DNA of 64,000 bases from Tubulanus polymorphus. Taxonomy: Eukaryota; Animalia; Nemertea. Positions 46,850 to 59,300 of this stretch are shown piece by piece. The notes beneath the pieces were generated by a model, which saw nothing but the letters and a program-made list of their open reading frames with translations, was not told where the DNA came from and ran no database searches. Every line of letters begins with the position of its first letter. The first letter of the stretch is position 1. The stretch spans positions 8,246,001 to 8,310,000 of the forward strand of contig NC_134031.1 of NCBI RefSeq assembly GCF_964204645.1, in the 5' to 3' direction. Position numbers and translations under genes: made by a program.

Positions 46850-46985
46850 TAAACCGTGCACTATTCCGGGTAGAGTACACGGACGATGCTATATAACTTG
46901 GTTTACAAAATCTGAGCAATATGCACTAATTTTCGCAAATTGGTCTGAGGAAGAGAAGTTGAAGGCATTCTCACTTTATCAAATG
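46850..46985 (+). pseudogene. Possible gag N-terminal remnant
   Basis: KPCTIPG..ITWFTKSEQYALIFANWSEEEKLKAFSLY resembles the P-x-F-x-G..W...FE.Y....W....K motif of LTR-retrotransposon Gag. Confidence 0.4.
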
Positions 46986-47429
46986 GCAAATTCTCCAATT
47001 CCTGTGCATTTCTAACTAATTTCTAATAATCAAAAGTTGTTTCAATTAGAAATGCAAAGAAATGAGAGAATTTGACAGATTTGTAAAATGATTTTTCATT
47101 TGGAAAGTTTGATTCTAAACAGATGAGATGGTTTTAAACCTGAGTGCGCGCCATCATAATATTGGAGAGTGAACAATGCATCAAAACTGTATGAGTGAGT
47201 GTTTTAAGCAACCTCTGATATCGAGCCATGAAAAGTTCACAATTCAGGCGCGGATAGTACAGGGGTGGGTTCGTTTCGTGGGTGAACCCACGCCTTTTTT
47301 GCCTGATTTTACGACCTAAACATTTTTGTGTCTTTCCTATCACCCTTAGGTAACTCTATACCAATTAGAATTTATTATTGACTAGAAGCTAGTAGAGTAG
47401 TTAGTGCATGTATTATATATAGCGGTATA

Positions 47430-48866
47430 CAGTATAAGACTCCACTTAACTGGAATTAATTCGGACCATAAGATAATAAAAGTCAAGCACTAAGCGGAAT
47501 TCGAGTTAGAGATTGTGAAGGGCCAAAATTCATTGAGAAATTTAATACTAAAATTAAACCATTATGTATCGATCCTAAATGACTTGTTAATCAATTAGAT
47601 GCTAAATGAAAATAAATTCCATGAAAATAAAGCTTGTTTCGTCTCTTTTTAGCTCCTTGTTGCGAAGAAAAATGAACATTGAACTGCCACTTGAACCGTA
47701 TAACCGTAGTGAAATATTTTGGGGCGAAAAAAGTAGACATAAGGAAGGCAATCACATGTTGACATTCGACAGAAAATCAATGAGCATCTACGGGCAACGG
47801 GCTATTAATTTTCGGTCTTCACGATCGCTAGCCACCCTGGAGACCAATAACGAAATACACCAATAACTGACTATCTCTGTGAGCGATGTTTTGCGAAGTA
47901 ACGGCCATGTAATGATGCGGCCATCACATTATATGTAGGCATAAACATTATTTTTCATCCTGGTTGTGTTGAAACAATTTCGAATTTCGGAATCTAATCG
48001 TTTACACAGTTCCGACAATCAAACTGAGGATATCCAGGTTTTTATTATTTAGTAAGTTGAAATTACAAGTATGGTCCAACAAATCAGCTATCATCAACTA
48101 CCCAGATGATGAATTCTGATAGATAAAGATAGCCGTGAGAGTTAAGTAAGAAGTGAGTTCAGCAGCTTTAAAAGTTCGAACAAGTTAAGCTCTATGGCGG
48201 AGTAATGTAAAACTGCGGTAGACTAAACACAGAAAAAGATGCTGAATAACAACAAATGTTTGACTTGACTTTTCTTTTTTCATTTTTGATACTCATATTT
48301 ATTCTTTTTCGCGCACACCCGAAAACTGTAATATTCATCAATAAGTTTGATGCTGACAGTATACGGAAGAAGAAGAAGATGAACTGTTTGTTAACTTAAA
48401 TGGTGGCCGGTTTGTTACTGCACAACGTTACAGGGAGCGCAGTACCTCACGGGGGCCTGGCAAATTCCCCAGAAGATCTTGAAAAATGAGATGCTTCCTG
48501 TTCGTAGATTTTGGTGCATTCTGAGCATTTCTCTATTTGCTAAAAATCAAAAGATTATGATGACGAATTTTTCTTATAATTGTGGAGCGATGCATCTTTA
48601 CATTGACATTGACATTTTTGGTCCGCCGAAAAGGGGGCGCCCCCCCCCCCCAGGATCCACCACTGGCCGACTATTGCTGACCGTGGGAAACATTAACAAG
48701 GAAAACAAACCATTGAACCTGCTTAATCCAGATTTTCGACTAATCCGGACATGATATGCAGTCCATTTCTTCATTAATATACAAGAAAATTACTTTTAAA
48801 CCAGATTTCCCTTAAACCGGATGTATCGTTTGGTCTAAAATGATCCGAATTAAGCGGGTTCTACTG
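47430..48866. mobile_element. Old pogo/Tigger-like element (TA-flanked, degenerate TIRs)
   Basis: cagta..ccacttaactggaattaattcggacc versus the reverse complement cagtagaacccgcttaattcggatcattttagacc. Confidence 0.45.
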
Positions 48867-49239
48867 TATTACGGTTTGCATAATTCAAAATAGGGACACT
48901 CTCAAATATCGTGGCCAATGAACAAAACAAGTTGGTAAGTAGATATCGGTACTAACCTCATCCAGGGAGAGAGGGATTACGGCCCATGCTTCCAGAGTCA
49001 GATAAACAGGAAAATTATTCCTTTTAGACATTTTACAGTCAAGTTTAACTCTTTCATTTGAAATCCTCCAGGCAATGTCAAAAGGAAACCACGTGATGTG
49101 AAAAGCAGGTCATGTTTCTGGTATGTCCAATATTGAGTTCAAGTTTTCACAAATTATTTTGACGAAATCGGATCTGCTGTAAATGACCATATTGGTGCCC
49201 CATCTCTCCTTAGTGCACACTGATAAGTGCAATATTTTA

Positions 49240-49489
49240 AGCCGGGCGTAGGTCGACCTTTCGACGCAATCGTCGCGTTGCGTCACAAATGGGGGCGTAA
49301 GTCGGTTGCGACGCAATTGTCAGTGACTGTGTGCGACTAGTTGCTCCCAGTCGCAAGAGCGCGTAGATCAGTTGGCGTCGCTGGCAGTCGCAAGGTAGCG
49401 TAGGTCGGTTGGTCATTGCGATGCGATCGTCGCTGGCGGTCGCAGTGAGTCGCGTCGCAGTGAGTCGCAAGGCCGACCTACGCCCGGCT
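49240..49489. mobile_element. PIF/Harbinger-type MITE
   Basis: TIR agccgggcgtaggtcg with TTA TSD; CpG-rich gtcgc interior. Confidence 0.82.
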
Positions 49490-49773
49490 TTAGGCATTGG
49501 AAATCTTCATTCTGGAGCAGATTGGGAAATATTTCAGGGTTAAGGATAAAATACCAAACATAAAATGATCCCAGTACTACCATTTGGAAACCTTGATTTT
49601 GACCGATCCACTCTGGACCTGGTTCCACAGTTCTGAGTTTTTAACTTGAAAATGAACTAACACACAGCTGTGGAACAGGATCCTTATTACTGTATCACTA
49701 AAAATTTATAAATACGGTAGCTAATGCATTATGCATGTGGTGATATTTTGTTATTAAGTGATATTTTATTTTT

Positions 49774-50394
49774 TCAATAACAATCTAGCAAGTTATCATT
49801 ACTATCGCTAGTGACCGCTAAAATATCTTCTAACAATGACATCGGATTTTTCATATATTCATCACTACTCATCTGAGATTGTTCTAAAATATCATCGAAA
49901 TCAGTCGTATGTAGCCACTTTTTAAACGTATGTGCATTCATATTCTGAGCAAGATAATTCACATGAACATTAACTTTATCATCGTTTTCTATTACTTGTA
50001 TAGAATGTGCCATATATGCTTTAAGTTTGACGAGAATGAAACAGGATTTTTCACACACTACTGGTTCGTAATCTTTACTAGTGGACACAAATGATTCACA
50101 TAATCCACATTTAACAAATATCTCAAGTAATTCCAATACTGTGAGGTTTTTATTAATATTCCGCTGCATCAATTCCTCCCAGAATGATAATGCAAACATT
50201 TTCACTTCCCAATCACTGTCTACAGCAGCATCTTTCATTACTGGGCAGATCAAATCATGTATTAGATCTTCAGTTAATATACATGTATTTGTAGTATTCA
50301 CGTAGCATTTATTCAAATGAGATATAGCAGCTCTTCTCACTAAATTAGATTCATCATCTCTTGCCATTTTCAAGACATTCTTCAGAATCAGTTC
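49774..50394 (-). CDS. BRAT1: BRAT1 terminal exon (...DCY*)
   Basis: ttatag acceptor; contains ORF 49774-50373; minus-strand AATAAA at 49765-49770. Confidence 0.92.
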   Translation of the reverse strand, partial: ELILKNVLKMARDDESNLVRRAAISHLNKCYVNTTNTCILTEDLIHDLICPVMKDAAVDSDWEVKMFALSFWEELMQRNINKNLTVLELLEIFVKCGLCESFVSTSKDYEPVVCEKSCFILVKLKAYMAHSIQVIENDDKVNVHVNYLAQNMNAHTFKKWLHTTDFDDILEQSQMSSDEYMKNPMSLLEDILAVTSDSNDNLLDCY

Positions 50395-53300
50395 CTATAA
50401 AAAAATTGAACAGTATTTCATCATAGATGTAATAGAGTAGCTAAAAATATTTTGTTGTGCCATCAAACTACTTGCTCTGAAACTAAAGTCTAAGTTAAAC
50501 CAAATTTAGTGAAACTTATCAGAAAATACTACTTTAATAGGGACCAGGTGTCAACCGAATTGGTAAAGCACTTGTTTCAGTTGTACAGTGGTACGCATAA
50601 CTCAGATATACGCATATGTCGGTCAATTTCTAAACTCCCGGTTCATTTGGGAATAAGATAGTACAAAATATATGATTAAGTCAGATTTCATAAGTCAGAC
50701 TCAAACTCTTGATAAAATATCTCGGTTCAACTGAGAAATTGTAGTACAATTCTAACTAAAATCAAAAATTTCAAGATCTGTCTTTACTGAATATGTGCCT
50801 AACGCATGCGGCACAGCCTCGTTAATCATCATCAGTGCCACGCAATAGAGCTCGATAGTACAATGTACCATGGACTATAAATGAAGTCAATCATTGTTGT
50901 ACAGTAGAATTGACGTAAGTCGGACAGCCTCAAGTCGGAAAATCGGCACAAAGTCAGCTGAAATTCCAAGTTCCCGATTTTTACGGTTCATTTTCCTATC
51001 AAAATCTGTCTCAAAGTCAGATTCTAGAAGTCGGAAATTCAGCTAAGTCGGCTAAAATTTATGTTCCGAAAGTTTCAAAGCAATGCATTTTTCAATCTCT
51101 AAATCACTAAACTCGACTGACTCGGCTAATTTCAGTTCTTTTAAAAAGATCGTCACTGGTGCGCAGTGTCTATTATACACAAGTAGATTGATCTTTCTGT
51201 CGACGGACGCTTGTTAAGCACATGTTTACAATAGTATAGTCGGCTATAGGATAATGTATTGACCCCGTGTCACTCAGTTGTTAGGGTTTAGGGTCTTAAT
51301 CTGTAGCTAACTTGGATTTTTCTTAGAAAACCCCCAAAATCTGACGTACTCATCACCGGAATTTTATAAGGCGGACATTTTGTTGTCGCAACGTGTCCCA
51401 CTTACGCCAGTTCTACTGTACGTACATGTCCAATGTATGTAGTTGTGCACAGACGGAACGTAATCAATTCATATTCATACAATATGCTTAGAGCTAAGAA
51501 CAAAATAACAGGTGTTCGTCATCCACTTTGACTTTTCGATGCAGATGAGTTGGCTGTAGTACATGTGGGTTTGACATGCTGTTATCATTTACACGTGAAG
51601 CTGACTTGACATTTGATCCGACTTTTGTGTAGTCTACTGTATTTTTCTAAATCTGGTTCATTCATACCAGCAAGGGGCTCGTTTGTTCCGATGATCCCCT
51701 TGCATTGACCAATGCCATTAAAAAATCCTCACACAAAATTATTGAACGTCCTGCATCATGGCCCACCCGCCAAAACAAACTGCAAAAGGTCCAGAGACAG
51801 CCATCTTGTTTCTGATTGACTCAACTTTTTTGCCCGAAGCAGGCTAAACATGTCTAAATGACCTGGAAAACAACACTCACTCGGCCCACATTGCAAAACA
51901 TTTGCATGCACTAGTGACACATTACAAAGTTTTACCTTGTCAACCCTCACCCTATTTTTCAATTTTATCATGTCAAATTGAATCCGCCCACCCTCTTTTC
52001 ATTTTGCACGAGTTTCGTCCACAAGAATCCACCCACCTGCCCATGAGTCAAGGTGTTTTTGACATAGATATTGGAAGTTACTTAAACAGCTTCTAAGAAA
52101 ATGAAATGAAGAAATAAGGGACAGAAAAGAAAAGACATTGTTACCTGGTGGTGACGATTACAAACATAAATAGCATCGGATAATGCACTAACAGCTGCAA
52201 CTCTAACGTAACTTTCTCTATCACATAAAGTTTGTTTTATCTGCAGTATGAATTCATTAGCTTCCAACCATTGCGATAACCAGTTAGTTTTCCCTAGAAT
52301 AAAATGTCAACTTCTAAAATCTTTTCTACATAATGAGAAGTTGATTGCCATCCACTGACCTGTCATCTAAAACATAAGTGTATCCGACCACATCCTCCTT
52401 CAGGAGAGATTTGAACCTGATGGCACTGTTGCTGATCAGGCAATCTGGTGATGCCATCAGTTTCAAATCCCTGCCAAGAGAGGGTGATCTAAACAAAAAT
52501 CTCATTTTCTTACCAGAAGAAATTTTGTAAACATGTCCAATAAATTCTGTCGTAGAATCTCGCACCTCCCAATTCATAGAACAGAATCCGCGTAAAACAA
52601 CTTCAGTCAGATCTGTTGTTTTCATATTCGTATCAGACAGGAGATTTGACATACACATCTCTATACATCTATATACCTTCTCGACTACCTGTAAATTTCA
52701 AGTGTTTTGATCATGTAATTAATAAATTGCAACTGTTGAATTATGGTTATATTTGCATACTGGGTATTCATCCTGCCTCACGATGTCCAGGGATGACAAA
52801 CTGGTTACTTGCGATGCTATTGATTATCTAGTTTGTTTCACTTGATCTTTACATAGTGGATCATGACGAGATTAATGTGCAACTTGTTGTTTGCCAGGCA
52901 ACTCCTCCCAAAATGTCAGATTTCTTTTGCAAAGAAAAATTTAAAAGAAGAAAAAATAAATCTGGCTGGACCTTGATAAGGACAGACAAGAGCCCTAAGG
53001 GGCACTATGGCCAGCCTGTCAGCTTTTCATAAAATGGCAAATGATGCATTCTGTGGGTTTAATTTGTCCAAATACACTCCCAGCTCAGGACTAGTCAATA
53101 CCTAATAATTTACACAATTCAACCAGTTTCTTTCATAAGTAGCACAGACAGCGACTGGAGCTGGCAGGACCAAATACCTCAGATAAATCTTTTCCCTTGG
53201 TCTTATTGATTTGAATGCGGAATAGAATTGAATTTTCTGAAATTTGCTCAATTAATCAAAATTGAGTTGGATTTGATGTTTTTACTAGTTCAAAAAAGTA

Positions 53301-56300
53301 GAATTGAATTGGATTTGATATTTTTTTGCAAACTAAAATTTGATTGAATTTGCAGTTCGAGCACATGGCTACTTAGTATATCAAGGCCGATTAGAGAAAA
53401 AGCTATTTTTCCAAGACATTTTCTGTAGTGCAAATAAAAATATTCCTCCCAAAAACCAAAATAAATAAAGATTTCACAGAAATCGTTCTTGAAATACAAA
53501 TTTAGATCTTAACATAAAACCTGGAAGTAAAACGGTAGACGATACCATGAACACCCGCTGATCTCTGCGGCTAAGCCAATCATAGAGGAGTCTTCGCTTT
53601 CTGATTGGCTTTTTGAAACAGATTTGAAACATTTTTTTTTATCAGATTTTCGCGAAAAAGCTCATATAAATCTTAACGAGGCCCTCTTTCAAAATTCAGC
53701 TTCATAGGGTCTTGAGAATGGATAATACTTTAATGAATGATTTGTACAAATATATATGCTCAGTTGCACAGTCAAAGAGCCTTTGCTCTGGAAAGCATGT
53801 CATTTAAATTCACTCCATTTGTATAGTAATAGGCTCAGCCTATGGCTGGCCTAAAAACCCCTTATGTCCTAGATTTTCTGTGAGACAGCCCCCAGAACAC
53901 CCACGAAAGTTTGTAACAAATTTGCAACACCGGCTTCAGTTACATTCACAGAACCCGTGGTTCAAAATGTGCAGCAACTCAAACTGTGGCCTGCAGCCAA
54001 ATAACCACATGATATGTATGGAAAACATCTTTAACATATCCCTTGAAATGTCGACAATGTACAATACATATGTCGACAATGTACAGACTGAGCAAACCAT
54101 GTTTACTGTTAGTCATTAGAAAATACTTGAAAGACTTATAACGGACACTCATAGCAGTTAAAACCGCTAACTTGTCATATTCTTTATTTGATCGGAATTG
54201 GAACTAGAGAAAATAAGAAAGGAAAAATATAGCTGCGAAGCAGCGATGACGGGTTTTCTGCAAAGCCATTCAGAAAGATGGGAATTGTAGTAAATTGAAA
54301 TATTGATACATAGAATAAAATGCATTGACAGATTCGAACCTAATATGCTACCACTGTGTAAACGTCAAATATGATCAGCTTTGAAACCGAACATACGCGG
54401 ACGTACAATCAACAAATATTAATTTATTGGACCAGGCATTTATTTTGCCATTCAAACATCATGATACTGTATTATCGCCATGCTTAAAAATGGATCTGGC
54501 CTATTAAGAACTCATCCTAAGCACCTGCCGAGTCGATAGATTGAGTGAATTTACAGATAAGAACGTATTATGATTTAGAATAGATTTAAGAAGTTAATGT
54601 TTTTATTGAAATATTTGAATAAATACATATATTGTAGTGTAGATTCAATCAATAAAATATGAATTGATCTGGTCTGGGTTTCCGGCTGATGTTGATTTTG
54701 GCTTTTATGGATTACAAATTCTATAGTGATAAACAATTGATACCTGCAACATGTGTGTAAATCAAACCTATTCCACTAGTTGCGTGTGTTTCCTAATAAA
54801 CGGGAAAGTCACTCTTGATCTGAGTTATTAGAAAAATAATGTTCATTTAGTTATAGAAATTCATTGCCTTTTTGGAAATTCTGTAATAATATTTGTTCTG
54901 TCCTAATTTTTATTACTGTATGAACCAATGATATGTTTTGTAAATATGATGTAATAAAATAAATTTGAATTTGAATTAAATTTGAACATGAGAATCAAGC
55001 ATAACTTGTGTTTTTTCAACTCGTCTTTTGTTCCAGAGTTTCAATTACAATCAAATCCAAATTGGCTAAAAAGTACATAGGACTAAATGAAATGAACCGT
55101 TAGTTACTGCAAACCTATTCCAGTGTTATGTCGATCGTGTTGAATCACTTTCCTTGAGTTGAAAGAATCAGATCTTCTATGGTGCAACATCGGTCGAAGA
55201 GAGATATCTTGGTGTTGACTGTCCTTGACCATCTAACTGCATGCGTTTGACATTGGAATCAGCATCATACCCATTTGAACTGCAAAATATTCATACAACA
55301 TGAAAACCTACAGTACATGTATACAGTAATCAAACTTTCACCGATGTTGGATATTTGAATGAACGTTGGGCTTATTTCAGTATTCTAAAGCAGGAAATAA
55401 TAAGCCCAATCAATAGGCCCTATTCCCATTGGAACAATTGTATAATGCGTACGCTGTACTGTACACTTATCAGTCAAGAATGGAGAAATCGGTATACCAA
55501 ACCTACGAACAGCAAAATGTACAGCCCTACAATGATTTCTGGTATACAAGCCGTGACCACATTGACTATTAATGTCAGCAGGTCAGAGAAGGCCTGGCCA
55601 AATTTAATCACATGGCTCAAATCAATTAGCCTTTCTGCGTGTGAATACTTCACTGTATTGTGGGATCATTCATTTATTACGTACGCATTAGGGGAGGGGG
55701 AGGGGTCAGGGCAATTACGTACTGTAATGCTTAATGTACATGAAAAAATGGCAGATTTTGCGTACAGAGGGAGAGCGGGTTGAAATAATCAAATTTTATG
55801 CGTACGTAATAAATGAATGATCCCTGTTTTAAAAATAGGCCTATCTAGTGAATTAGTACATAGACTGAATTAGACTTTAGGCTTGTCCTGGCCAAATCCT
55901 ATCCATGTTATAATTGCACCAGTTATAGTAACATCACTGTAGGGCTGACGAGGGGGAAAAAGTTGTGTTTGTAGTACATAGGCATGGTAGGCTTGTCGTA
56001 CTCACTTAATACCCGGTACTTAAAACGCTGTTTATCACTGTGCAGTCACTGGCACGTACGGGTAACAACTTCGTACTTAAAAAATGATATTGGCTACTAG
56101 GAACTCATGTACGGCGTTAGTAGGGAACTCACGTACGGTTAACCTGTGGATATCACCGTACAGTCACTAGCACGTACGGGTAACAACTTCGTACTTAAAA
56201 AATGGTATTGGCTACTAGGAACTCACGTACGGTTAACCTGTGGAGATCACCATAGAGTCACGTACCAGTAACAACTACGTACTTACTGGTATTGGCTACT

Positions 56301-59300
56301 ATATAATAGGCCTATAGACAAATAAATACCGGTACTGCGGTAGGCTTTCTTAGCTTCCACACTTCACAAGCGAACCAACTGACCAACCAGTATATTTATT
56401 CCCAGTACGCACCAACCGGCACAGGCCTAACACTGTTTGTCAACTGTGTGTACCGTAGTAGGCTATCGATAATCACCTGATACTTTTCTGTCGTTTGTTT
56501 TCTCTCTGAGACGAACGTAATTCTAGCAGCCCTCCGCGACTCAACGACCTTGATTTAAACTTGATCAATTCAAAATCTGTTTATTGACGCTTTTGGTTAC
56601 ATGAACTGATCAGCAATATACTTAAATGAAATAACCGGAATAACAAGAAATAAAAAATATTAAAGAGGTAACAAACAAATGCCCGTAAACCTGTCAGACA
56701 CGCGAACGCCGGACTCGTAAACTCTTGGATTCGGACCCGCTGAGCAATAAATTCATAAAATTGACTTTGAAATTGATTGTGGAGAAGAGAGGGAATAATT
56801 CGATAGCTCTTCCTCATAAAGAAGAGAGAAATTTCGGAAAGAAAACACAACATGGCTACTAATTGAACGGAGCCAAATTTCCGATGTTTTCGGCTCGACA
56901 GTGCCTTTATAACGTGGATTTATCAAAATTCCCATGCAGTATCTGGAGATTGAAGTGAGCTGAAGGACATCATACGGATTGTATCGGCGACAGCGGTAAG
57001 GTAAGGAAGCCTTTACACTTTTAACAAAAACTGTGTGGAAAAGGGAAAAAAAATAATAATAATAATCACGCGAATTTCAATAGAGTTTTCTGTGAAGCAA
57101 CAGAAAACCCTAATTATTATTATAGGCATTGCTGGGGAGACCGGTATACGAATAACTTGACTTTGGTTTATCTTTTCTATAATATTGTGACTGACTTGAA
57201 TTTGTGACTGACTTTGCCTGCCAGGCCTATTTTTCAGGAAATGCTGCGCTTTGCCAGGATTTCCGTATTTTTCAGAGATTCATAAAACAAAAACTAAAAG
57301 AGATATCATCATCAAATTTATTTTATTTTGTTTATCTGGTCTTGCTTTTTCATGTAAAATAAGCAGCATTTCTTCTAAAGTGATAAAATCTGTAGCAATC
57401 ACCAGTGCAGAGGGGGTATTTTGCATAAAATATGCCCATTCATGCGTGTTTAGACCCAATTTCAATAGATGACGTCACTAACACACTGCATAGAACGACT
57501 GATGATTCCGAACAAGATGCTAGTCACGTGAATCAGTTCCTCACATCTGTTACACAATATGTGGAACATAAAATTAAAAATACGAAATCCGAATCACCCT
57601 CTGAGCCGGCCAAGCCTAGGGACCACATCAAGGTCAAGGTACCCGCGCCTAAAACTTACACCCCTGGCCACAATTTTAAGGCATGGCTCGAGAGATTTGA
57701 CAGTTACTGTGAAATCATGGGGATAACTGATCCTTCCATGCAGAAGGATCATCCTTCGATGTATATGGACCATGAGTCATATCTAGCCATCAAAAACCTT
57801 TACCTGAAAAGTACCTTGGGCCTGAAATCTTTGGTGAGCACTGATCATGCAGCATTTAAATGGCTCCGGTCTTCAAACATTCAGTCTGGACAAGTTGCCC
57901 ACTGAAACGAACGATTGGCCGACTATGACTTTGATATTGAACACCGGACTGGGTGTACCCACCTGAACGCGGACGCACTTTCCCGCATCCCTAAACGAAT
58001 GAAGCGGCATGGAGACTGCCCTAGCTGTGGTCAGACCGGTGCCCCAAAATGTCAGGTTTCAGCAGTTGGTGTTGGTCGTGATCATGCCGGCTTGTCGACA
58101 TTGGCCCGGTTTCAGGATGTGGATGCCGACATATCGATAGTCAAGGACTTAGTCCATCGACAACAGGTTAAACCTAGTGCTGATGTTATGCGCCAATTTA
58201 GCACCAAAACCAGACTGTTTCTTGGTGAATATGAGCGGCTAGTTATGGACAAGGGCATTTTATTTTTGAGACTCATCCCTGGATCCAGACTTTCAAAATC
58301 ACGTGTCGTTCTACCTTACGTGTTACTGCCTAAGGCTTAGTCACACCTTTATGATGGTATCTCAGGCAGGCACTTAGGCCGCACTAAGACAGAACGGAAG
58401 ATGTGCGAAAGATTCTGGTGCCCAGGCCTTACTAGAGCTGTGCACGAGTAAATTTAACATTGCCAGAAATGTCAACAATGCAAAAATCCACCCAAGCGAC
58501 AGAAGGCACTTTTGGTGTCGACACCAGTTGGTCATAGAGAGCAGAGGTTGCACATTGATATAGTGGACCCCTACTAAACATGGCAACACATACATTATTG
58601 TTGTCCAGGATGCTTTTACTAAGTGGGTGGAGGCATGGTCAGTACAGTATGAGAAGGCCCCCACTGTGGCTCGAAAAAAGTCCTGGACGAATGGGTGACG
58701 AGATGTGGCTGCCCAGAAAGCATTCACTCGGACCGGGGTGCCAACTTTGAGTCCAAGGTTTTTACAGAAGTGTGTCAACTGTTGGGTATTGATAAGACGC
58801 GTACCACCTCGTATCACCCAATGGGAAATGGTCAGGTGAAAAACAAGTCCATCAAGGCCATGCTGACCATATCCGTGAATGAAACTGGCACTGACTGGGA
58901 TACTAAACTGTCATCTTGCCTGATGGTATTCTGTTCCAGTGTACAGGAGTCGTCTAGCGAAACCCCTTTCTACCTGACTTTTGGTTCAGAGATGGTCTTG
59001 CCTCTGGATATCATGGTGGTTGGACCACCCGAAGAACCAGTGTACACTACATAGGGCCAAGTCAGGGAGAGACTGGGTAAGGCTCAGCGGCGTCAGACTA
59101 CTAATTACAACAGATTTGCTAGGCGGGGTGGGTATAACGTTGGCGATAGGGTATGGCTCTATAGTCATACCATTAAGCCAGGGGAGGCTGCAAAATTTCA
59201 GTGGAAGGGCCCCTTGATTATTATCGAGAAGCTGTCTGAGGTGACGTATTAGGTCAGACTCGAGGGGGGTCCCCTAAAACAAAAGACTGTCCACTTTAAT

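Noticed and set aside
51280-51296. Telomere-like ttagggtttagggt
   Set aside because: Only two imperfect units inside a MITE.
54127-54203. Possible extra BRAT1 exon (FQFRSNKEYDKLAV...)
   Set aside because: No phase-compatible donor; the flanking exons already join in frame (…DPSLDQV|VVEKVY…), matching BRAT1.
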